Source: Candidatus Fraserbacteria bacterium
GTDB taxonomy: Bacteria; Bipolaricaulota; Bipolaricaulia; RBG-16-55-9; JANLFV01
DNA: 15,187 bases
Assembly (NCBI GenBank): GCA_037446135.1
Contig: JBBIJD010000042.1
Span: 1-15,187, forward strand
Direction: 5' to 3'
Below are positions 1-6,443 of the stretch, one piece after another. The position numbers were made by a program, and so were the translations under genes. The notes under the pieces are model-generated. The model was not told where the DNA came from. It did no database searches and saw nothing but the letters and a program-made list of their open reading frames with translations. Numbering within the stretch: position 1 is the first letter of the stretch; each line of letters starts with the position of its first letter.

Positions 1-209
1 TCCAGCGGGGTGGCTCGCCGACGCTCTTCGACCGAGTCCTAGCCACCAGGCTCGGCGTAGCGGCCGTTGACCTCCTCAATGAGGGGAAGTTCGGTCACCT
101 CGCTGCCTACAAAGGCAATAGGGTCGTCCCCGTCCCACTTGAGAGGATCGCTGGGAAGACGAAGCAGGTCGATCTCGAGCTCTACCGGCTCGCCCAGGTC
201 TTCTACTAA
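1..209 (+). CDS. pfkA: 6-phosphofructokinase, C-terminal fragment (5' truncated by window)
   Basis: Not in ORF track. Frame from nt 3 reads QRGGSPTLFDRVLATRLGVAAVDLLNEGKFGHLAAYKGNRVVPVPLERIAGKTKQVDLELYRLAQVFY* (TAA 207-209); QRGGSP..FDR.LA.RLG is the PfkA-family C-terminal signature. ATP vs PPi dependence cannot be seen. Confidence 0.9.
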   Translation, partial: QRGGSPTLFDRVLATRLGVAAVDLLNEGKFGHLAAYKGNRVVPVPLERIAGKTKQVDLELYRLAQVFY

Positions 210-1018
210 AGATGCCGGTCCTCCGGGACGAGCTCGACCTCGCGACTGTTCTCCGGCCCGACCCCGCGGGCGTTCAAGTGCCGGAGAGTCGAGAAGCGAT
301 AGTCCAGGACTAAGACCTCCAGCCGACCCAGCTCCCGCTGGCCCATCTGCTCCCCCTCGAGGAGATACTTGCAGGCGAGCTGGATCAGCTCATACCGCCC
401 GTGGCGGAGCGCGGCGCGGAGCTCCCCTTCCCGATCATGGAGGAACCGCTGGAGCCGGTCATAGTCGATCCTGATGCTCCGCTCGCCGAAGTCGACCCGC
501 TTCCAGAGGCAGTTCAGATGGGGGGAGAGATAGTCCTGGCCGAGGGGCCTGGCCAGCTCATGGACGATGTTCTTGGAGATCCGGCCATCATCAGGGTCGG
601 TGCAATCGAGCTGCATGTCGATCCCGATCCCGGCGAAGGCCTCAATGAAGCGCCCCCAATCGTCGAGTTGGACCGGAGCCTCGCTCTGAGAGTCCCGGTA
701 GAACCAGGGGAAGCCGTCGAGGCCGAAGGCCCACTCGTAGAGGTAGGCGTCGGGGAAGGAGCCCAAGGGCCTGGTGATGTGAGCGTAGCCGTAGACGCCC
801 TTCATGAAGAAGTAGTCCTCCAGCTTCTTGAGGATCGCGTGCTTGAGGAAAGCTCGGTGGCCGCTCTTCAGGCCGGGATGGTGCTCCCGTCTGAGGGCCG
901 TAGGGATCGCTTGGTAGGTATAGATCGTCCCGCCGATCCCGGGGAACTCCGTCCGGAGCTCGATCTCGATTTGCGCCTCGCTCCCTTCCCCGCCGCGCCC
1001 GATGTATTTGACAGCCAT
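206..1018 (-). CDS. Hypothetical protein with protein-kinase-like fold motifs (270 aa)
   Basis: Start reassigned to ATG 1018 (MAVKYIGRGGEG), preceded by purine-rich AAGGATGGGGAT; the longer ORF-track extension overlaps pgi/pmi. Ordered motifs: IGRGGEG, HITRPLG, YLYEW, D..D....KNIV, KRVDFG. Stop overlaps the pfkA stop region by 4 nt (convergent). Confidence 0.75.
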   Translation of the reverse strand: MAVKYIGRGGEGSEAQIEIELRTEFPGIGGTIYTYQAIPTALRREHHPGLKSGHRAFLKHAILKKLEDYFFMKGVYGYAHITRPLGSFPDAYLYEWAFGLDGFPWFYRDSQSEAPVQLDDWGRFIEAFAGIGIDMQLDCTDPDDGRISKNIVHELARPLGQDYLSPHLNCLWKRVDFGERSIRIDYDRLQRFLHDREGELRAALRHGRYELIQLACKYLLEGEQMGQRELGRLEVLVLDYRFSTLRHLNARGVGPENSREVELVPEDRHL

Positions 1019-1031
1019 ATCCCCATCCTTA

Positions 1032-1037
1032 ATTATA
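1032..1037 (-). promoter_or_regulatory. -10 box (TATAAT) for the kinase-like gene
   Basis: Perfect TATAAT on the minus strand, 13 nt upstream of ATG 1018, in an AT-rich patch of the 52 bp divergent gap; no recognisable -35. Confidence 0.5.
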
Positions 1038-1070
1038 GCGGAGGGCTGATCGGCCCGCGAATGGCTCGGG

Positions 1071-2108
1071 ATGATCGACCTCGATGACAAGAGCTCATTG
1101 GCCCGAATCGATCGGAGCGGGATGCTCGCGGCGCTAGAGGGCTTCCCCGAGCAGTGCGCCCGTGCGGTCGAGCTCGAGGAGGAGCCGCCCCTCTCATCAG
1201 GCTTTAAGAGACTCATCATCGCGGGGATGGGCGGCTCGGGGATCGCCGGCGAGCTGCTGGCCCGCCTGGTCGAGCTGCCGGTGAGTGTCCATCACGGCTA
1301 CGGCCTCCCGGCGGTCGACCGCGAGGCCCTGGTGATTGCCATCAGCTACTCCGGGGACACCGAGGAGACACTGAGCTCGGTCGAGCTGGCCCTGAAGGCC
1401 AAAGCCAGGCTCCTCTGCCTCTCCTCCGGGGGGGAGCTGGAGCGACTGGCCCGGGAGCGGAACTTCCCCTTCATCAAGGTTCCCGGCGGACTCCAGCCGC
1501 GCGCGGCTTTAGGGTATCTCCTGCTCCCGCTCTTGAGCCTTCTTGATCGGCTCGGCTGCTGCCAGCTCCGGGACGAGCTCGTGCGCCTCCCCGAGGCCCT
1601 CAGCGAGTTCAAAGAGCGGTGGCGGGCGAGCAATGCCGAGGAGGGAAACCGGGCCAAGCGCTTGGCCCGAGGGCTCTACCGGAGAATTCCTTTGATCTAC
1701 GGGGTTGAAGGGGCGACCGAGGCCGTGGCGCTCCGCTGGAAGACCCAACTCAACGAGAACAGCAAGCAGCTGGCCTTCTGGAATGCCGTCCCTGAGCTCT
1801 GTCACAATGAGCTGGTGGGGTTCGAGGCGGCCGGGCTCCTCTCGAATCTGCGGGTCCTCTTCCTCCGGAGCGGGCTCGACCATCCGCGGAACCGGGTGCG
1901 GATCGAGCTCTTAAAAGAGCTGCTCGCGGCCCGCGGGGTCGAGCATGAGGAAGCTTGGGCCGAGGGTGAGGGGAGACTCGCCCAGCTCTTCTCGCTCATC
2001 TATCTCGGGGACTTCGTCAGCTTCTATCTGGCGATGCTCAACGGGGTCGACCCTTCCCCAGTCGGGCCGATCACCGAGCTCAAGAGGAAACTGGGCCGAT
2101 GGCCCTGA
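1071..2108 (+). CDS. Bifunctional phosphoglucose/phosphomannose isomerase (SIS family)
   Basis: GMGGSG, ISYSGDTEETL, SSGG, QPRAA, RWKTQLNENSK, PELCHNE, GDFVSFYLA...VDP..V..I..LK motifs typical of PGI/PMI. Confidence 0.93.
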   Translation: MIDLDDKSSLARIDRSGMLAALEGFPEQCARAVELEEEPPLSSGFKRLIIAGMGGSGIAGELLARLVELPVSVHHGYGLPAVDREALVIAISYSGDTEETLSSVELALKAKARLLCLSSGGELERLARERNFPFIKVPGGLQPRAALGYLLLPLLSLLDRLGCCQLRDELVRLPEALSEFKERWRASNAEEGNRAKRLARGLYRRIPLIYGVEGATEAVALRWKTQLNENSKQLAFWNAVPELCHNELVGFEAAGLLSNLRVLFLRSGLDHPRNRVRIELLKELLAARGVEHEEAWAEGEGRLAQLFSLIYLGDFVSFYLAMLNGVDPSPVGPITELKRKLGRWP

Positions 2109-2130
2109 GCCCCTGGGGATCGGCTCCCAC

Positions 2131-2159
2131 TTGACCCCATGGCTTTGGGCTCTTATAAT
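2131..2159 (+). promoter_or_regulatory. Sigma70-type promoter of the RHH gene
   Basis: TTGACC (2131-2136), 17 nt spacer, TATAAT (2154-2159); SD GGAGG at 2181-2185 before ATG 2191. Confidence 0.8.
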
Positions 2160-2190
2160 TGCGTCAACCTTAAGATCGACGGAGGAGAGG

Positions 2191-2358
2191 ATGGCAGAAG
2201 TGCGAGACAAGCTGAGCATCTATGTGCCTCAAGAGAAGATGAAGGAGCAGCCGATCGAGCGGCTGATGAAGCTAGCGAAGGAGCGTGACCGCTCGGTCAA
2301 CTATCTCGTCGTCCAAGCGATCTTGGAGTTCCTGGCGCGGGAGGAGAAGAAGAAGTAA
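2191..2358 (+). CDS. Ribbon-helix-helix (CopG/Arc-like) DNA-binding protein, 55 aa
   Basis: MAEVRDKLSIYVPQEKMKEQPIERLMKLAKERDRSVNYLVVQAILEFLAREEKKK: alternating beta strand (LSIYVP), helix (ERLMKLAKE), RS turn, helix (VNYLVVQAILEFL). Strong SD and promoter; start reassigned from ORF 1945..2358. Confidence 0.85.
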   Translation: MAEVRDKLSIYVPQEKMKEQPIERLMKLAKERDRSVNYLVVQAILEFLAREEKKK

Positions 2359-2365
2359 GAGGCTC

Positions 2366-2473
2366 GCCATAGCCGGGGCTCTCAGCTCTGGGCATAGACA
2401 ATTCGATTCATTCTCCTCCTTAGGAGGGGCTGGGCGAGAGAGCTATGCCTAAGGGGTATAGCTCCAGTTAGGT
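2366..2473 (+). ncRNA. Putative structured RNA (long imperfect hairpin) between the RHH and GNAT genes; family not recognised
   Basis: Nested helices by manual pairing, e.g. TGGGCATAG 2389-2397 / CTATGCCTA 2443-2451, GGGGCT 2375-2380 / AGCTCC 2460-2465, CTCCTCC 2413-2419 / GGAGGGG 2423-2429. Many G-U pairs work only on the + strand. Confidence 0.45.
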
Positions 2474-2518
2474 ATTGGATTGATCACCGCTAATTCGGTC
2501 TCTCCAGCGGGGCGGTCA

Positions 2519-3376
2519 GTGAAGCCACTCATTAGGACAGCTAAGCCAGAAGATAAAGCGGAGATCTTAGGGATCTCCTCCCAAATCTGGGAGGGGCATG
2601 ACTATGTCCCGCTAGCCCTGGACCATTGGCTGAAGCAAAGCGGGCTCTTTGTGGCGGAGTTCGCCGGCCGGGTCGTGGGGTTCGCTAAGACCACGATCTT
2701 GAGCCCCGGGGAATTCTGGCTCGAGGGGCTAAGGGTCGCCCCTGAATATCGTAATAAGGGGATCGGGCGAGCCCTGGCTGAGGCCCAACTCCAGGAGGCC
2801 TTGGCCCAGGGCGCTCGTTCGGTCCGCTACTCCACCGTGGAGATCAACCGCCCGAGCAGCCGGATCGCTCAGGCCCTCGGCTTCAGAGAGGTTGCGAGGT
2901 TCACCTTCATGAGCGGCCCTGTTCAGGGAAGTGAGGAGCGTCCCAAAGTCATCCAGGCCGATGAGCTGGACAAGCCTAAGCTCACCTCTTTCATCTTCTC
3001 TTCTCAAACTTATCAGCAAAGCCATGGGCTCCTCGCCCACGGCTGGATCTTCAAGGAGCTCTCCCCGGCCCTCTTGGCCGAGCTAGCCAGAGAGGGGGCG
3101 CTCTTCTATGTCGAGGCCCGGGGCGAGATCCGCGGGGCGCTCATCCTCCTCCCAGATCCCTACCGGCTCGATTACCTGACCATTGCCTTCCTCGAGGGGG
3201 AGGAATGGGCCTTGCAGGAGCTCCTCCGCTTCTCTCGCCGCTATGGCCAGGAGCATGGCTATACAGAGTTAAGGGCGATGGTCCCGGACGACCGCCTGAT
3301 CCGGCCCTTGGAAGAGCACGGCCTGGCCTACGAGTCGGCCTTCCGCTATGTCCTCGTCTATGAATATCGCCGATGA
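2519..3376 (+). CDS. GNAT family N-acetyltransferase, two-domain, NAT16/HisAT-like
   Basis: Likely GTG start 2519 (ORF-track TTG 2480 lacks an SD). IWEGHDYVP, LEGLRVAPEYRNKGIG (acetyl-CoA motif A), N..S..IA..LGF; degenerate second GNAT-like domain. Confidence 0.85.
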   Translation: MKPLIRTAKPEDKAEILGISSQIWEGHDYVPLALDHWLKQSGLFVAEFAGRVVGFAKTTILSPGEFWLEGLRVAPEYRNKGIGRALAEAQLQEALAQGARSVRYSTVEINRPSSRIAQALGFREVARFTFMSGPVQGSEERPKVIQADELDKPKLTSFIFSSQTYQQSHGLLAHGWIFKELSPALLAELAREGALFYVEARGEIRGALILLPDPYRLDYLTIAFLEGEEWALQELLRFSRRYGQEHGYTELRAMVPDDRLIRPLEEHGLAYESAFRYVLVYEYRR

Positions 3377-4260
3377 CCGGGAGCCGGGTCCAAGGCTACT
3401 TGCTGGTCTTAATCGCGGTCATCCTCTGGTCCGGGCTAGGCGTGATCGGGAAGGGGCTCTACAGGCTGGGGGTCGAGCCGCTCACCGTCGTCACCTTCCG
3501 GGCCCTCTTCGCCTGTGGGCTCGTCTTCATCATACTAGCGCTGTTCAAGCCGCGGCTCCTCCGCGTTCAAGCCCGCCAACTCCCGGCCTTGGCCCTCTAC
3601 GGCCTCGTGGCCGTGGCCTTGAATTATGCCTGCTACTTCTACGCCCTGAAATACACGACCGTGACCACAGCCATCGTCATCGTCTATGCCCATCCGGCGC
3701 TGGTCGCCCTCCTTGCCCGGCCCATCTTCGGCGAGCCGCTCGACCGCTGGAAGCTTTTGGCCCTCAGTTTAACGCTCGGTGGGGTCTTCCTCGTGGCCCA
3801 AGGCTATGCCCCTGAGGGGTTCGCTCTCAACCTGAGGGGGGCGCTCCTCGCGCTCGCCGCCGCCTTTGCGATCACCTTCTACAACCTCATGGGGAAGAGG
3901 CTGCTGCGAGATCTCGACTCCTGGGCGATCATCGCTTACGGCTTCCTCTTCGGGGGAATAGCCCTGCTAAGCTGGTGGGGCTGGCAGGGAGAGCACCGTT
4001 TAGCCTACCCGGGGCTCGCCTGGGGGCTGATCGCCCTCTTGGCACTCTTCCCCTCGATCCTGGCCTACGGCCTATATTTAAGGGCGCTGAAGCGCCTGGA
4101 GGCGGGCCGGGCGGCGATCGTCGCGACCTTGGAGCCGGTTTTAGCCTCGCTCTTGGCCTTCCTCGTCCTGGGCGAGCTGGTCGAGCTGCCCCAAGTTCTC
4201 GGCGGGCTCCTGGTCCTCGCCGGGGTGATCATCTTGCAGGCGAGGCAGCCTTCCGGCTAA
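3373..4260 (+). CDS. EamA/DMT family transporter
   Basis: About 10 hydrophobic segments in two repeats; FRALFA, PALVALLA..IFGE, ALKRLEAGRAAIVATLEPV.A..LA..VLGE. ATGA overlap with the GNAT gene. Confidence 0.92.
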   Translation: MTGSRVQGYLLVLIAVILWSGLGVIGKGLYRLGVEPLTVVTFRALFACGLVFIILALFKPRLLRVQARQLPALALYGLVAVALNYACYFYALKYTTVTTAIVIVYAHPALVALLARPIFGEPLDRWKLLALSLTLGGVFLVAQGYAPEGFALNLRGALLALAAAFAITFYNLMGKRLLRDLDSWAIIAYGFLFGGIALLSWWGWQGEHRLAYPGLAWGLIALLALFPSILAYGLYLRALKRLEAGRAAIVATLEPVLASLLAFLVLGELVELPQVLGGLLVLAGVIILQARQPSG

Positions 4261-4275
4261 GCTCTCCAGTCTGGG

Positions 4276-4863
4276 ATGTTCGGCTTAAAGAACTGGGCGA
4301 TCTTACTTGTAGTAGTCCTGCTCGGGCTCGCTGCGGTGGCCGTCTATCAAGGCTGGCTCCCGCTCTTCCCTGCCCCAGCGGATGAGGCCGGGGCCGACCC
4401 ATGTCCGCCCCAGTTGCGGCCCTGCGATCCGGCCCGAGTCCTCGAGGTGGTCGATGGGGACACGGTTAAGGTCCTCCTCCATGGCCGCAAGGAGGAGACG
4501 GTCCGGCTGATCGGGGTCGATACCCCGGAGACCAAAGACCCACGGAAGGCAGTGGAGTGCTTCGGCCCGGAGGCGGCCCGCTTCACCACCTCCTCCCTGG
4601 AAGGGAAAAGAGTCTGGCTCACCTACAAGGCGGATGAGAAGAGGGATAAATACGAGCGCCTCCTCGCTTATATCTGGCTCGACCTGGACGGAGATCCCGA
4701 GCCGGAGCTGTTCAACGAAGAGCTCGTGAAGAGGGGCTATGGCCGGGTCTACCCCTTCTTCCCCTTCGAGTATTTGCAGGAATTCCGACGAGATGAGAGG
4801 CAGGCCCGGGCGCAGGGGCTCGGCCTATGGGGCAAGTGCGATTACGAGCCCTACCCGCCTTAA
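4276..4863 (+). CDS. Thermonuclease (SNase family) with N-terminal membrane anchor/signal
   Basis: VVDGDT, VRLIGVDTPET, ECFGPEA, DKYERLLAY, NEELVKRGYGRV, E..AR....GLW; hydrophobic N-terminus. Confidence 0.93.
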   Translation: MFGLKNWAILLVVVLLGLAAVAVYQGWLPLFPAPADEAGADPCPPQLRPCDPARVLEVVDGDTVKVLLHGRKEETVRLIGVDTPETKDPRKAVECFGPEAARFTTSSLEGKRVWLTYKADEKRDKYERLLAYIWLDLDGDPEPELFNEELVKRGYGRVYPFFPFEYLQEFRRDERQARAQGLGLWGKCDYEPYPP

Positions 4864-4877
4864 AGAAAGGAGTCAGC

Positions 4878-6437
4878 ATGCAAGGCCTTCGAGCGATCTT
4901 GGTATTCCTCCTATTGTGCCTCCTTCTCGCGGCCGTCTCCCGGGGCGAGCCAGGAGGGGTGCTCACCGTCGATGCGACCAATCCTGCCGGTGAGGATCTC
5001 GACGGCGATAATCTCTTCAGGACGATCACCGCTGCGGTCCAGGCCGCCGCAGCAGGGGCAGTGATTGAGGTAGCGCCGGGGCGATATGATCAGGCCCTGG
5101 GTGAGCGGTTCCCCATCACTATCGACAAGGACTTGAGCATCGAGGCCAGCAGCAGCCTCGAAGAGACGGTGATCGATGCCGGTGGCGTGCCCGAAGCGAT
5201 TGTGATCCGCTTTGGCTCGGCCTCGAGGCGCGCCTCCTCCCTCCGCGGGTTCACCATTCAGGGGGCGAGCGGGGCCATGGCCGCCGGGATCGCCATCTTG
5301 GGGAGCGTCCATAGCGTGAAGCTCATTGGAAATGTAGTGCAAGAGATCACTGCCCCAGCCGGCTCTTACGCCTTCGGGATCCGCGTCTACCAGGCGGAGA
5401 CCGGCCTAGTCGAGGTTGCGGATAACATCGTGCAGCGGGTCGCGGGGAACGGGATCTCCGTCGGCCACTCCTCAGCGGCCGTTACCATTCATGATAACCT
5501 TGTGACTGAGGTCAGCAGGGCCACGATCGACGATGCGGAATATTCTGTGGGGATCGCGATCAATGCCTCCACGGGGGTCATCATCGAGGGGAACGAGATC
5601 TCGCGAGCTGCCCTTGGGATCAGCTTGATGGGCTCAAGCGGCTGCCTCGTTCGCCGGAATATCATTCATGAGAACCTCCAGCAGGAGCCGCTCTCTCATC
5701 CTCTCCTGACCCTCGCGGGGGTCGAGATCGCCACCCCTGGGGAGGGGATCCTCTTGGCCTTCGGTTCGCATGACAACGCTGTTCTAGAGAACAAGATCGA
5801 GGATAACGGGACGGGGATCGGCCTCTATCTCGCCGACGCCAACGAGATCGGGAATAATCTGGTCAAGGATAACCGAGCGACGATGATCTCCTGGCAGGGC
5901 GAGACGGCCCGCGGCCTGGGGATCGCCGTCGACTACAGCCACCGCAACGAGATCCTCAACAACACCATCGAGGGGAATGGGGATGTGGGCCTGGTCCTGA
6001 AGAATGCGGCACTAAATCGCGTCAGCGGGAACTCGATCGTTGACCACAGCGATGCCGGGATCGTCCTCATCGAGGGGAACGGGAAGGCCATCAATTCCAT
6101 CATGGCGAACAGGATCAGGGGAGCGGCGAGGGCGGGGATCAAGATCAAGAGCGGTTACAGTGAGATCAAGGGGAATGAGATCACTACAAACGGTGTGGGG
6201 ATCGAGCTGCTGGAGACCGCGGCGGCCCAAGACCACCTGGTGCAGGGCAACGATATCTTTAGCAACGACTTTGGATTGATTAATAACGGCCGCGGAGTGG
6301 CCAGGGCCGAAGAGAACTGGTGGGGCGATCCGAGCGGCCCCTACCATCCGCGAGCCAATCCATCCGGAAAAGGGGATGCGGTGAGCGACGGGGTCGACTT
6401 CCAGCCCTGGCGGACCACTGAGCTCGGCGGGGGCTAG
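4878..6437 (+). CDS. Secreted right-handed parallel beta-helix protein (NosD/pectin-lyase-like repeats, DUF1565-like N-terminus), 519 aa
   Basis: SD AAGGAG before ATG 4878; signal peptide MQGLRAILVFLLLCLLLAAVSRG; FRTITAAV..A..G..I.VAPGRY...GERFPI; many N.I..N.I..N..GI repeats; C-terminal NWWGDPSGP...GDAVS..VDF.PW. Confidence 0.85.
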   Translation: MQGLRAILVFLLLCLLLAAVSRGEPGGVLTVDATNPAGEDLDGDNLFRTITAAVQAAAAGAVIEVAPGRYDQALGERFPITIDKDLSIEASSSLEETVIDAGGVPEAIVIRFGSASRRASSLRGFTIQGASGAMAAGIAILGSVHSVKLIGNVVQEITAPAGSYAFGIRVYQAETGLVEVADNIVQRVAGNGISVGHSSAAVTIHDNLVTEVSRATIDDAEYSVGIAINASTGVIIEGNEISRAALGISLMGSSGCLVRRNIIHENLQQEPLSHPLLTLAGVEIATPGEGILLAFGSHDNAVLENKIEDNGTGIGLYLADANEIGNNLVKDNRATMISWQGETARGLGIAVDYSHRNEILNNTIEGNGDVGLVLKNAALNRVSGNSIVDHSDAGIVLIEGNGKAINSIMANRIRGAARAGIKIKSGYSEIKGNEITTNGVGIELLETAAAQDHLVQGNDIFSNDFGLINNGRGVARAEENWWGDPSGPYHPRANPSGKGDAVSDGVDFQPWRTTELGGG

Positions 6438-6443
6438 CGCCGG

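Noticed and set aside
67..1087. Plus-strand ORFs 67..474 and 401..1087
   Set aside because: Out-of-frame or antisense shadows of pfkA and the kinase-like gene, with biased composition and no motifs.
1019..1219. N-terminal extension of ORF 206..1219
   Set aside because: Antisense to pgi/pmi and Ser-rich; promoter and purine-rich leader support ATG 1018.
2107..2126. GAGCC...GGCTC hairpin after pgi/pmi as a terminator
   Set aside because: Short stem with no U tract; expected by chance at this GC content.
2382..2422. Minus-strand micro-ORF MNRIVYAQS behind TAAGGAGG
   Set aside because: SD-to-ATG spacing is only 3 nt and the 9 aa peptide is not hydrophobic like type I toxins; the motif is better explained by the hairpin.
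2453..2506. tRNA-like 5' sequence GGGGTATAGCTCCAGTTAGGTA
   Set aside because: Resembles a tRNA 5' end, but no D-stem partner, anticodon arm, T arm or proper acceptor stem follows.
2191..3376. RHH-GNAT as an AtaRT/TacAT-type toxin-antitoxin pair
   Set aside because: Genes are 160 bp apart, the RHH lacks a C-terminal neutralising tail, and the GNAT is two-domain (285 aa) and coupled to EamA, unlike the shorter single-domain GNAT toxins.
4878..6437. nosD / nitrous oxide reduction assignment
   Set aside because: Only generic beta-helix repeats; no nosZ/F/Y/L in the window.
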